In this document: positions 1-12,907 of the stretch, piece after piece
Layout: every line of letters begins with the position of its first letter
Numbering within the stretch: position 1 is the stretch's first letter
Assembly (NCBI GenBank): GCA_022813865.1
Contig: JALDZX010000005.1
Coordinates: 124,001 to 188,000 of the forward strand
From: Xylographa opegraphella
Taxonomy: Eukaryota
Reading direction: 5' to 3'
Length of the DNA stretch: 64,000 nt
Program-made: the position numbers and the translations under genes
Notes under the pieces: generated by a model
What the model was told of the DNA's origin: nothing
Seen by the model: only the letters and a program-made list of their open reading frames with translations
Database searches by the model: none

Positions 1-369
1 AGGTAGCATTACTTGACCGGAGACACCCGCTGAAGCGCGGGTTTGCTCTTCTAGTACGTTGATAACAGCAGCCACTTCTAAGACCGGCCTGGCTATCTGG
101 TCTGAAATGCAATGCTCTCGTAGGAATTCAGTGAGTGCTACGGAAAACCCTAGTCTGGCTGCTTTACGGCTACTTGAAAGACCGCGGAGTAGTCGCTTCA
201 GTATTTTTTGAAGCGCCTCCAGACTTGGACTCTTCTCCGAGGAGACTTTTGTAAGCAGGGCGTGCGCAGCTTTCAGACGAATTTCCTCATTTTCATTTGC
301 GAGATCCTCATAAATCTCGACGATCTGAGCATCCACACTAATTGGCTCTCTACGGCGCTTTAGCGACAT
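1..369 (-). CDS. POL5: DNA polymerase phi / Pol5 (MYBBP1A-like rRNA biogenesis factor), exon 1; gene continues off the left edge
   Basis: Hand translation from ATG 369: MSLKRRREPISVDAQIVEIYEDLANENEEIRLKAAHALL...ILKRLLRGLSSSRKAARLGFSVALTEFL...GVSGQ, then a GTAATG donor near position 12. RLxRGLxSxRxxARLGFSxALTE is the Pol5 N-terminal signature. Confidence 0.9.
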   Translation of the reverse strand, partial: MSLKRRREPISVDAQIVEIYEDLANENEEIRLKAAHALLTKVSSEKSPSLEALQKILKRLLRGLSSSRKAARLGFSVALTEFLREHCISDQIARPVLEVAAVINVLEEQTRASAGVSGQVMLP

Positions 370-1932
370 GTTGCCTTTGCCTGTCAAGCTTCCGTGATGT
401 TTGATATTTGGAAATGGAATTTCTGCTTTGCCAAGCATATAGGAAGTTCGCGCTAGGACTAGGACCTTACCTGCCCACCAATCGGATGTCGAATGGAAAA
501 GGATAATCGCGCGATGCGAATAATGGTCGCGCTTATTTAGACAAAACAACGATTAAACCGTCCTGTGCGATCGTGCATCGAATGTAGTATAGAGTATCTC
601 AACGGTCTCGATTACAAAGATCCTATCATATCTCCAAAATGATTGTGTCAGGAGACTTGTGGCTCGCAGTCTTCAAAAGCTTTCAATCATATCTTCCAGA
701 ATATCAGCCTTCTACCCGGCCTCATCCACGTGATATTTCGTACTCGATTTCATAACGCTCATTGTGGATAAAGTCTACGTGAATATAGGTTTTCGGGGCA
801 CAGACGCCCAGGTACTTTCAAGTGCTAGGCCTCGTCCCTACGTCCTTCCGCTCGTCTGAAGAAACGAAGGACCAAACCCAAGAAGCGATTTCGCAAACAA
901 TAGTCTCTGTGCTCATCCCACCCATCTACGATTCACTAGCACCAGGCAGTACTCTGAATTATCCTTATCAATGCGAACAATGCTGTGAACTCTGTCCGAA
1001 TGACTTCACGCCCAACAATGTGACAACGCACGTTTGCGATATACTGACAATGCCGGAACACTTGTTCTCCCATTTCTTATGCATTCATCTAGCAGCTTGT
1101 GACAAGCACAAGCCTCCATAATCCTAGCTATGCAGAGCTGCAGTCCCACCCCCGCCAGTACCGTCGTCCCATCCCGAGGTGGGTAACCTGCTGTCAGCGA
1201 ATGTAATGGCCGAGGAAGATCTATGAGTGTTGGTCGACGTTATGAAAGGTAGGTGAGGGGTGCGATGGTCGTGCTAGGGGAGAAGCAACCGTGTCGTAAA
1301 GCCTTGCAGGAAGTGGCAGCAATGACAGAAAAGACAGAATCTCTGTGATAAGTGGAGAGTCTGATGAAGATTACACAACGTTTGATTGCGTTCACTCCAG
1401 GATATGTTCAGGAGCTAAGGCCTCTCGGATCCGAAGAACACAAGCTCCGCAAATGCATTTGGGAATGAGTCTCGAGATGGAGAGGAAATGTGCGGGGCAA
1501 ACGGACACAATGAACGAAAGGAGCATTATTGCATGAAGCATATCTTCCTCCACAAAGTGGCAGTCAATCACAATTCAGAGTCACAGAACCGACAAACAAT
1601 TGTTACGGAGAGAAATCATTCAACTTACCAAAATAGACAAAGGTGGGATACATGCATTGAGGCGCACTACCTTCAATATATACCCGCAAGCGAGCCTATG
1701 AATACTTACCGGTGAGCAAGAGCGCCTGCCTTTCGCTGACGGCCATGCGCAGTCAAGACCAATGGCTGGTTACCGGGGTGTGGAGAATCCACGGGCCCCT
1801 TGGGCGTAGATATAGACTAGACCGAAAGGAGCTAGCGTTCATGTCTGATGAGCTTTGATTGGAACATTTTTTGCCACATTGGGAGATCGACGATCCTCCG
1901 AGTTCGTGCATGCGATCAATGATCTAGCTTTG

Positions 1933-1966
1933 TTCTAGCGCCATTCTAGCGCCATTCTAGCGCCAT
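1933..1966. repeat. 11-bp tandem repeat (TTCTAGCGCCA)x3
   Basis: Three exact copies read directly. Confidence 0.9.
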
Positions 1967-3222
1967 CATATCTTGGATTAGATCTCCTTTAAATTAAGGT
2001 ACCTAAATAAGGAAATATGTGCCAAGGTGTTTCTTCAAGGACGCCTGTGAAGGATCACCAAGATATCCTGTACTCCACCATACCAGATTACAACAATCAT
2101 CGAGGTAGCCACTTCCTAAAGATAGCTCAATAACGGGACTCTCAGAAATGAAAAGCCACTCGTCCCCACATCTATGGCTCGTACGCGGCCTTGCGGCTGC
2201 TCGAGCACTTAGCCTCATAGCCTTGATGCGAGTATCGAGGTATGGACGCAAAGTACCCGGCAACTCAGTCTCGACCAATGGAGTCATCATTCCTCCACCC
2301 AGCTCCGATCAATCCATCGTTCTCAGTCGAATCACCCCTGCGTGGCTGATGGCCTTCGTTGCCTCATTGGAGCGCATGGTATGAGATTCTTCATTGCCAT
2401 TGTTGCTGTGGTGTTCATCCTTCCGCTCCGACTCCCAGAAGGTATCACCGAAGTTACCTAGAAAGTTGTAAGCACGTGTATAGTAAACTTTCTATTGCAA
2501 AGGGTGAGACCCACCGTTGCAGTCAAGAAGAGCTATGTAGGAAGTGGTATTCGTTTCTACAGCTGTCGCAACAGGATTCGAGGCACTTTGAGACGTAGAC
2601 GGGGGCATTGCAGTAGAGCTTACAGGTCTTGTAGCAAATGGAACGGTCGATTCAATAATGGATGTCTTAGAGCACGACAGGAAATCCGATAGCAGCTGCC
2701 AATACTTATAGCAAACTCTCATACTCCTTACTGGTGGGGGTCGATCAAGTAGCGTATCGTGGTAGGCCGACGAATTGCCGAGAAGAACGCATGAGAATGA
2801 ATAGAAGTACCCAACGAGGATTGTATGGCTTATCAATGCGGTGCAGTTTGTCTTAGGTCACCCTGGACCTATTTCACCTGAAGGCGAAGGCCACATATAC
2901 AGCATAAAAGCAGTGTGCGACTGTTTGGGATTCCGGAAGATAGCTTCGGAAGCAGCTGCCAATCACGACACTCCCAAAACTTCGCAAATCGATGGTCTGT
3001 TGCGCTTCGTCGAAGCGCCGGTGAAAGTGTGTGACTGGTTTTAGCTGTCATACACGATACACTTCGTTGAGATACTGCACAACTGACCGTCCTTGCGCCT
3101 TGCCCGCTTCAGTGTGATGTTAAACGCATTCCGTCTTTGCCTGCGGGCTACTATGGTGTTGGGTTGTGTTCCGAATGCTTGGTGGATTAGTTGCTAACCA
3201 TCAAAATAGTGAACTTGACTCC

Positions 3223-6200
3223 TCATGATGTTGTGGATGCTGCTGTTGAGCGGCAGATCACTCTGAAAGTCCTCAGATCCCGATACCTGTCCCCAAGGAT
3301 CTCCTGCAAAACTTCCCGCGTACCGATCACTTTGAAGTTCTGGATTGTTTCGTCTCGTCTCTTTATCCATCTGCTTATGGATGTATGGGGTGGGTCTTCG
3401 ATCTTAGTGAAAACGAGGGCTACCATCCGATTAATTTGCACGACCTGGTGCTTACAACTGTTTTCGATTCGGTGACGGAAATGAGCTCCCTGTGCTGGAG
3501 ATAACACAAAAGTCTCTTGTTGGCTGTCAGTATCAGCTAAGAAGTGGTCTAGCTGGCGGCATTCTGCACAACCGCAACCTAACCGTGGCCGAGCCCAATT
3601 GCTTTCGCCATCAGGTTCATCGCCAACATATCGTCGAATGTACAAGTCGAGTATATCTTGGAAAAATGACTGGTATTGTGGTAAGACGAGAGAGACACCT
3701 AGTCTCTGGAGTTTCCTTAGCAGGCCTCTCAGAATAGGTATCAGTAAGTCTGGAAATGCAGATATATCGATTGCGATGGCGTCCTTCCTTATACGACGCA
3801 GAATCCGATTAATTGCCTTGCTATTTTGTAACGGTACACAATTACCAATCAACATCACAATGTCATCAGCAGTCTTCGTTATGGTTGGCGGACCCTCGAC
3901 GATTTCTGTAGGCCTGTGAGATGTCGTTTCCGTGCAACGTACTCGTTTGTTCGAAGCGATCTGGTATTCAAGTTTGAAGTCGTCAAGAACATCGGCAAGA
4001 ACATCACCAAAGACATTCGAGACAACTTCTATGTCAAGATTGCCAGTCTCTCCTGCTTGGAAGAGGCATGTAAGGAAAGCAACGGAGAAGCTATAATTTA
4101 AGACATGCGATCTGACGAATGGCAATACCCTATGAGTGGTTAGAAAATCCGGCGTTTGAAGTTGATAACAAAAAGACTTACACTTCAAACATGTAGTGGT
4201 CCCCGTATCTTGTGGATATGTCGACAAGAGTGTTGCCATCCTCCCTGGAAACCTGGCAGTTGTTTTTCAACAAACCGGTAATCGACTCTAGCATAAATTC
4301 CTTTAAGACATCAAGATCTGTAGGATTGTAGCTGTCGTTATCAGAAAATTCATAATCGGCAGCATCGCTAACGGCAACGGAAGCTTCGTACCCCTCGATC
4401 AAGGCATTTAATGCCCAATACCGTTCATGAACATTCGTCGTCGATTGTATTGCCACATCAATACTATCGAAACAGGTCAGTCAAGTCTCGGTAAGCACAA
4501 GTTTCGACCAAGATAACTCACTCTTGTTTCCAGTCTGAGATATCAAACTTTGTAAGAGCATTTCCCATGTTTTCGAAAACCGAGAACAGACACTTAGCGG
4601 CCATCGAAGTAGCATCTCTCAAAAGCTCCGGACTGTGCAAGAGCAAAGCGGCCTCGACAACAAACCCCAATAAACCAGCTGAGATACCATTATCACAGTT
4701 AGAAGACAGCCTGACCTGGCTGGTGTTTTCGGTATGTCGGGTTTGACACCACTGAACACTCATCTCACACGCGCTGATCAGGTCATCCTTGCATTGCTGG
4801 TCACCTGGACTGACGATGCTCATTTCATGGAGTGTCCATAACCATGAATATAGATCTTCGTCGCCTTTCTTCGCTGGCTCGAAAAGAACATTAACGAGGT
4901 GGTTTCGAGGAATGATCACGAGGCAGGTGTTGCGGTAATAATGAGTGGCCTCTAGCCCTGCGTTTCCGGTATATCCTGAGTAGTCCTCATCCTCAGGAGG
5001 CCATTGAAAAGCTTCTCGCTGCACAATATAACTCTCTGGCATCGGAATATCTCGTACAACCATGACGCTATTCGTTTGCACACGAATTCTCAGCTTGAAG
5101 TCGGACGAGGTGTAATCCTCAAGCTTGTGATAGTGCGCATCGCTAAAATGGTCGTTACTGCGGTCGTAATCAGACACGGCGTAGTGATAACGCCTGCGAT
5201 AACGACCGGAACGACGTCGGTCTTCTTCGTATACGCATCCACCGCTAACTATATACTCAAAGTTCGCGAGGTAGAGGCCGAATCCCTGCTTCACACAAGA
5301 GTCTTTGAGAAATTGGGCTCGATACCGATCTTTGCCTTTGAGGTAGTCAAAGTTCAAATTGGCATCTGTGTACTTGTGCTCAGTCGCGTATGCCAGTAGT
5401 TCAGGTGCTTGAGACACTGCCGTGCCCAAAGTACGTTCCCAGGTCGATAAAAGCTTTTCCAGCTCGACCTTTCTCTGAACGCCGCCTGATGCTGACTGGG
5501 GAATACCAGGCGTCGTAAAAATGAGATTGTATGTTAATGCCAAACGATATCCTGATGTGATTGGTCGTACAGCATGCTCAACATCAGCGTACCTATGATA
5601 CATAAGTCTACGAGGAGCCATTGATCGCCGAGTAAGAACAGTATAGCACATACCACGCCAAGTATGTATAACCAAAGTCAGACGTGTCTGCGGTTGTCAA
5701 GATTCGCTGTCGTCCGCCAAAAGTGGCCTCAACGTCGCCACCCGTATGGCAACAAGGCAAACAGATGACCAAGGTACCGAACATCCCAGGCGCCTTCTCT
5801 GAGCTTCAATGCATTAGCCATTGATGCATACGAGCATTCGCATCGCATACTCTCTATGGCGCTTGAAAAATGAACCTTCCTCATAATAAAGAAGTTTGTA
5901 CAAATCGGCTCGCATGCTCCCTTGGCCGCCGACAATTCCAAGATCTTTACTAAGTCGTTCAAGAGCTTCAACAACGCACGCTTGCCACGAGGTACTGCGA
6001 ACATCGAAGCGATTAGGATCCAGCTCCCAACTCTTCCTTACAGCCGTGTTTATAAGCGTTTCGCTGCTCATTCCAAAAGGAGATTGTTGGCAGGTAGCCC
6101 TGAGGGCGACAGCATCGTGATCAGACAATGGCAGGCTTATGCTGCCAAGCCCGTGCACGTATATTTGTGGATTCGAAGCATCGGCGAGAACTCCTGACAC

Positions 6201-6323
6201 CGCAAAGGAGCCACTAACAGTGTGGTCCACATCACCGAGGAGCCGAGTCAATTGATTCTTCAGAGCAGTAGTGGTGTTAGACTCCCTAAAACGACCAAAG
6301 AAGGATTCACCCATACTGTCCAT
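3223..6323 (-). CDS. Large fungal protein with an N-terminal 2OG-Fe(II) oxygenase (prolyl-4-hydroxylase-like) domain and an uncharacterised helical C-terminus; 5 exons
   Basis: ORFs 5814-6323, 4518-5675, 4178-4456 and 3223-4239 join through GT..AG introns near 5850-5802, 5653-5594, 4519-4472 and 4181-4130. Motifs LYKLLYYEEGSFFKRHRD|SEKAPGMFGTLVICLP, YADVEHAVRPITSGYRLALTYNL give a complete HxD..H..R set. Confidence 0.85.
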
Positions 6324-8996
6324 TGTTGTTTGATAGTTTTGGTCTATTTAGTGATTCGCGGACGTTTGGAGAGGATCGTGCGCTATCTCAATGCCTGAAG
6401 TCCTAAACAATACGAGTCAAATTTCAGACCTATAAACGGCGAAGATCAGTCGCGAGAATAGCCATGATGCTTCTGTCAGGGAGCGAACTGACATAAATGC
6501 CAGTATAAAGGTTGTTGAGGAGCCGATTCTAGGTCTCTCAAAACCGTAGTTTCCGCGCTTTGTCATTTCCTCTGCCAAGCATACGCAGTAGGTGCCTGCA
6601 GATGACCGGTCTACGTGAATGGGCAACTAGAAATCCAACTACCACGAAATATTATGTACTGTTTACGGTATTTCTCGAAAGAGGTCTGAATCTTGTTCAT
6701 TAGTGGTAGAATATGGAAAGCGTGTAGCGAGGTCCAGGTTCTGGCCTCGGTCGGCTCTGCAGGTGTCACTGAACGGGTCATTATCAGTTAAAAGCAACCG
6801 GCAATAACTGAACGAAGGCACTCAGGACTGGTGCAGCACTTCTATCGTCGAGTTCAACATGATTGTACTCCGTATTCATGATTGTGATCGTGATCCAAGT
6901 TTTTCATGTTTCGCTTGGCGCTTGGGTCACGCCATGTCGTGTTACCGACGTGTTGCCGGCTTGTTGACATTCAAACCAACGCGGAAACGGGGATCGAACG
7001 ATCTTTTCATCGCTTCGCACTCCCACAACGCTTGTGGCTTTTGCTTCTCGGCGTGACTACGTCACGCCGATAGATGCAGATTCGTCACCGGCACCTTTTC
7101 AAATAGATGCATACCAAACACGTTCATGGGAGATTTCCAAGAGAAAAGAAAAGCGGACGTGACACGTGTGTGGCACAACTCGCACTGCGGAATGCTCGTA
7201 GAATTGTATAGCTACATAAAGTCGACCGATCTCAGCATCAGAGTTCAACGACTCCGTACATAACGGCAATTCCTGAGACTCTGACCAAAAGTGCCTTCCA
7301 TTAACCATAGCGACGTCAGATGTCGCATCCTCCAAGCTTGCTGAGGTGTGACACCGCACACCTAAGGAAAGCCCTTGGAGCGACAGACCCAAATTAAGGA
7401 ATTCGGAAACCCCGACGGGTCTGAGGAGGCCAATGGGAAGCTAAAGAGTCGAAGCGCATGACAGCACAGAGGTCAGGTTGTTTCAAGACTGGGTCTCCTT
7501 TGCGGAGCCCCAACACGGCGCAGATGGTGGTCGAGCTGTAGCGCTTATGAGATCCTTGCCACTGCTTCAATCTTCACCGGTTTTGGCCAGCCGACATTGA
7601 GCTAGTCGAGGCTGAGGCAGAGGCGGCTGGCTGCTGCTGAATTCCATGTAACCATAGCAAGAAGACCATGCCGGAAGGGGCAGCAGGAGACGGAGACCCT
7701 CTAGCTTGCGATTTAGTAGATTGCGCGATATGACGATAAGCAGAGACCCTGGTGGTGGGCAGGACAACTGCGATAGCAGCAACAAGCATTGCTGCACAAG
7801 TTGGGTCTCATTCGAGGAATTTCTCAGGTCGGTGGACACTGCTTCTGAGGAGGTCAACACTCAAATCTAGGGAATTGGTCAGACTGCCGTCCATAGACGC
7901 TTGACGGCAGCCCTTCAGACCGCGTCAATAATGAATGAAGGGTTCGTTCGTCAGCTACTCCGTACTCTGTAGAGTGTTGAAGGTCATTGGTGGCCTGTTT
8001 ACTTTACCCGCCAAGTCGCGTTCAACGGGACCCATGCAGGCTGGCCTATCGCACGGTTTCCCGCCCCATGGCAACCGGAGTATGTAATCCTACCTAGCAA
8101 GGACAGGAGCCTTACTGGCCCTGGGCTTGCTCGTTCTCCGGAGTTTGACGAATAGCCTTTGAAGGAGGTGTGACCAATTGCCGGAGGAGCTGGGTCATGG
8201 CATCGCTTCCCGCAGAAAGTCCCCTTGCTGAGATGCGCGAATGCACGGCTCTCAGGATAGATGTAGAAGGATCGTAGCCGCTGAATCGACTGCTCAAATG
8301 TACAGACTACATCGTAATTCAACGAAAGTGGTTCATCTGCTGTGCCACGGGACAAGACAGGGAGCCAATGGCAAGACGAAGGCCCTCATGCACGCCTGCA
8401 TACGGGTGGGCCACGCAGCCCGCGTCCAGGGCCTAGCAGTCGCTTCACCACCTGGGCCTTCACACCCTCAACCTTGGAAGCGCCCCTCCACCCCGTCCAC
8501 CGACCGGGGGCGTCCCCACCTGTTGCTTCGACAACTCTAGAGCTTCAGCTTCGTCTCTCGTGCAGAGCTTTTGCAATTGCTTCATCTTCCGACCTCTCCG
8601 CTCCGGCTTCCTCCTCTACCCCCCCCCCCTCACCACCATTGCTCTCCCTTCTCGGCGGTCTCTCCCCCAACCGTCGACCCTTGATCCCGCCGTCCGCTTG
8701 AGGACCAGCCATATCCTGCACAACTGGGACCGTGATCAAGGGGGACGAAGATGCTCAACACCCGTCTGTGAACCGGAGCTACCACCGGCGATAGGTTCTT
8801 TTGCAACACAGATACTTGAAAGTAGCATTGGCCTTCGGATTGCCGTCTCTCACTATCTTTTGGACGTACTGCTTTGCTTTCTTGGCTGGCCTTGTTCATA
8901 GAATTACGGAGCACGACTCTCACATTTGGGAGGATCCATTTGGATCTCGATTTATTAGCTGGGCAATTGCCGTACGACATTCTTTGTTAGCTCAAG

Positions 8997-10883
8997 ATGG
9001 AACGTTCATCCCCTTTGGCTGCTATGCAGCCACAGTCTCTGCCCTTCGGGCATTGGGCCTTTCGGATTGACGGCCCAACGTTGAACCCCCCCTTTGGTGG
9101 AGGCATTGGATGTCGAGCAAGCAACTTCAACTTCAAGGACCTGAGCATGAACAAGCCCCGTCCAGACTATTTCAGTCTCAAGCCAATCCGTGGGTCTTCG
9201 CCCACGGCTTGCCTTGCAGCAGATTTGTCCCAGAATTTCCACATTGACCAGAGGTAAGTCATTTCAATTCACACAAGACGACGTGCCGATGCTAACATGA
9301 CCAGCCCGCAAATGCCTACACCCCGCCGTTCTCTCTTCACTTCAAATCTTCTTGGAACGCTCCATACCCGCGGTTTGTTTTGAACATATGACAGACAAAA
9401 CAAGACTTATAATTCGCAGACACCATGACGACACCTCCGTGCGAGTCATCCTCTCCGTGTTCACAAGCCGAGTCTATGGACGTATCGCCTTTGCCACACA
9501 AGCAGCCTTTTCTTGCCTCAGCTCAGATCACTGTACAGTCTCCAACACCCGAACCAACACCAATGACGGGCAACACTCTGTCGTCGCCTTTCACTATACC
9601 AGGATCTCCATTGAATGCTGTCAAAGCTCCAACGGTCATTGAGTTAGTCCTTTTCACTTGAATTGCTTGGACGGCTGTCAATGAGCAATTGACTTACATA
9701 TCAACAGACGTACTCGAAGATCTACTATGCTTCGTCCTTCTCTCATTCGTACTAAGGGCTACACAACCAATTGTATTTCGATGAAATCTGTTGCTTCCGA
9801 TAGCCTTGTGCCCCCTTTCAAGTTTGGAAACGGATCGAGCACAGCTGCAGCTTCTCTTCTGTCCTTAGAAGAGTGTTTTGTCGAATCTCCCCAGCAGGCA
9901 GCCTTTCAGTTCCCATCAACCTCGACAATGGGACCTCCGAGACCCAAAACAGCCTTCCCAGTTCCTATTTGTTCGTCACGAAACAATGGCTCACCTCAAC
10001 CCAATTTCGTTCGCAAATCATCTGCCCCTGTGCAACGTCCCAGAAAACAATTCCGTCGTTCCCTGAGCATGTTCGAGCACCCTGCAGATGTGATGAAGAA
10101 ACAACAAGAAATTGAGCAGCGTACGGAATGCAATATGACCTCGGCCATGGACCTCGACGATACTCCACTACTTCAATTGCCTCATTTCTTCTTAGAGGAT
10201 GAAACTATCCCTAGGGTGTCAAAAGAAACCATGATTGAGGTTTTGGATGGCCAGTACAGCCAGTGCTACGAGCAGTCCACCATTATCGACTGTCGTTTTG
10301 AGTACGAGTACACTGGGGGTCATATTGACGGTGCTATTAACTTTAACAACAAGGAAGAATTGGCCAGCAAATTATTTGCGCCCTCAACGCCTCAAAAGAC
10401 CTTGCTAATCTTCCACTGCGAATACTCTGCTCACAGAGCTCCTATTGCGTGAGTTGAACGACTATCGTAGTTATGATCTCAGCTAACAGAATGGTCAGAG
10501 CTAGGTTCATCCGGCATGAAGACCGTGCAACTAATGCTCATCGATACCCGAAACTGACTTATCCGGAAGTCTACATCCTTGACGGAGGTTACAGTGCTTT
10601 CTTTAAGGAACACCGAGTACGATGTTCTCCACAGAACTATGTTGAAATGAACGCGAAGGAGTATGCCAATGCTTGTGAACGAGGGCTGGGACGCATAAAA
10701 CAGCAACGGGGAAAGCTTAGCAGAGCTCAAACGTTTGCATTTGGTCAGCATCCTCAATCACTGAATGACAGTCCCACAGCTACAAGTCGAAGCTGCGACG
10801 ACCTTATGATGGGTATGGATGCCTCGATGAACCTACCAACTGAACCCCAACGTTTGCAAACTAGACGGATGGCTTCCTATTAA
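8997..10883 (+). CDS. cdc25: M-phase inducer phosphatase Cdc25/NimT/Mih1; 5 exons
   Basis: Rhodanese catalytic domain [20 protein letters not shown]...[14 protein letters not shown] (HCx5R) and [16 protein letters not shown]-terminal SSPLAAMQP and [17 protein letters not shown]. Introns near 9254-9304, 9373-9419, 9644-9707 and 10449-10498. Confidence 0.95.
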
Positions 10884-11497
10884 CTTCACTGGATCCTTTT
10901 CGTCGAGCGGATTGATCATTGTTTTAAGCGTACTGGCATGCGGCTTTTTGTTTCGGCGCCCATATACTCGTGCATGGATACGAGTATGTTTCTCATCACT
11001 TCAGTCATCCTTGCATTGGGTGGAGTTTCTTTGCCAGTCAGCACTCTGGGCCATCAGCAGTCTTGGTTTCCATGCGTACCTACACAGACACAAGGACTCA
11101 AAGAAGGATATTGTCTATCCAGTTGCGCAGCACCCATGCTACAGATATCTCCACATACTCGACATCCACAACCGCTATGGTCGCGGTCTCTTGTTCCGTT
11201 ATCTCTTGGCATCCCGAATTGGCCTCAAACTGCTCGCTCAACATGCGCCTATCACCAGATTTCGCTCCGGCATAGAGCAGCCTTCTCGAGGTACCCGTGT
11301 TGTAACACCTTTGGCACTTCTCCTGTACAAATAGCAATAGGGAGGCAAGTGGTATTAACTGTTGCGTTCATGCTAGGAGATTCCACAGAATACAAAGCTG
11401 AATCGAAAAGGTCGCCTAACTGGTTTGTGTGACATTGCATGTTCAGACTGTAATTGCCAACTACCTTACTTCCCACCTCAAGGTCGGTGGCCTGACT

Positions 11498-11529
11498 ACG
11501 CGTAATAACACATGCCCTAAACGCGTAAT
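11498..11529. promoter_or_regulatory. Two MCB-like elements (ACGCGTAAT x2) upstream of SLD5
   Basis: ACGCGT at 11498-11503 and 11521-11526, about 180-210 bp before the SLD5 ATG. MCB boxes drive G1/S expression of replication genes in fungi. Confidence 0.6.
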
Positions 11530-11708
11530 CCCGTGACATTCTCTAACTGAGATCGTACGTGCTGACACAGCAATTCTCCATTGGCGCTTTCGGCTGCATT
11601 TGTTCCAATCATTTCAATAATCTTTGACATTCTTGATCTTCTATAGATACCTTTGATCCACTTCTACCTCCTGAGTTTCCCCCCCTACTCCTTCTCCGTC
11701 GTAGGAAT

Positions 11709-12907
11709 ATGGACATCTCCGACATCCTCACCTCCGTCTCCGCTCACCCAACTCTGCCCGCCCAGTCTCTCGATCTGCAGACTCTAACTAGAGCGTGGGT
11801 CAACGAGCGCGTCGCGCCCGAAGTGCTGCCTTGGCCGGAGGAGTTGATGGGGCGGGTGATGCATGGGGTGGCGAAGTTAGTGAGTTTTTGATTTTTCTTC
11901 GTTCCCTTTACTTGACTATGAGGTGGTGTGATGCTGTAACAAGGGGAGTGATGCGCTTTCGCTTCAAATCCTACCGTTTTTTCTATCCTATGAGCCTCTT
12001 TCTCGAGGTGTGCGAGTTGCAGCTGGATTCAAAGCCTTGTAAGAGCAAGAGGCGAAGACGGATTAGGGATGCGAGATTGGAGTGCGGGGCTGCGATGGTT
12101 AACTATGCTCATGTTGTGGCGTTTGTAGATCGAACAGGTGGAAGAGCAAGCCGCGACGATGGACCCGAAGACGAATTTTCGCGTGGTTATCTTGCAGACA
12201 GAGTTGGAGAGATGGAAGTTTTTGGTGCGGAGCTTTTTGAGGGCGAGGATCGCGAAGGTAGGGAGGGTCTAGTTTCTTTTGCTCTATTGGTCTATAAGCC
12301 ATACTGTGGGCCATTGATCTTCTGCTTCTTGCTGCGAGCGACCTGGAATAGTTACTGGTGATGCCGCTACGCTGAGTTATTGGTTTATAGGTGTTTATGT
12401 TACTTTGGGTTCCTCGGTACCTACACTTCGCTTTTGGTTATTGTCGCTGCATAAGCTATGTCGCTTGTTTTGCACCTTCAAAAGAGTCTGCATAAATACC
12501 AAAGCGTAATCCGCAGACCCTCGAAACTGACAACGTCCTCGTCTTCCCAGATCGACAAACATATTCTTCACTACCTTACCCCCACTCAGCGAACCCGTCT
12601 TTCCAATTCCGAGATCCAGTACGCCACTGCACATCAAAAGCTTTTGCATGCACACTACTATTCTTCTTTCGTTGCGCAGTTTCCAGCAGGCCTTCAGAAG
12701 CTAGACGACACAGCCGGAGGAATAGCGATGGTCGAGGTACCTGATGCTGAAAAGGCAGTGTTTGTTAGAGGACTGCGACCAGATCCGGTAAGGGTGAGTG
12801 TCGAAAGTACTGATATGGACTTTCAAATTGGAAGGGGAGAAGTTGTTGTTGTACGATGGAGTGCGGTGAAAAGTGCGGTGGAAGATGGGGATTTGGAGTG
12901 TGTTTGA
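11709..12907 (+). CDS. SLD5: GINS complex subunit Sld5; 3 exons
   Basis: Exon 1 [18 protein letters not shown]. Exon 2 (12129-12257) IEQVEEQ...[23 protein letters not shown]. Exon 3 (from 12551) IDKHILHYL...[33 protein letters not shown]. Confidence 0.95.

Noticed and set aside
1702..1712. ATACTTACC resembling the U1 snRNA 5' end
   Set aside because: No U1 stem-loops follow. It is better read as a minus-strand GTAAGT donor-like sequence.
1820..1870. GAAA...CTGATGAG resembling a hammerhead ribozyme core
   Set aside because: There is no room for stem I, no correctly placed NUH and no stem II complement.
2003..3051. Short ORFs between POL5 and the oxygenase gene
   Set aside because: No motif and no coherent splice chain. 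This could be a decayed gene but I cannot support it.
8545..8739. Minus-strand ORF with UIM-like EDEAIAKAL
   Set aside because: It is the antisense of the CT-rich cdc25 upstream region and probably a compositional artefact.
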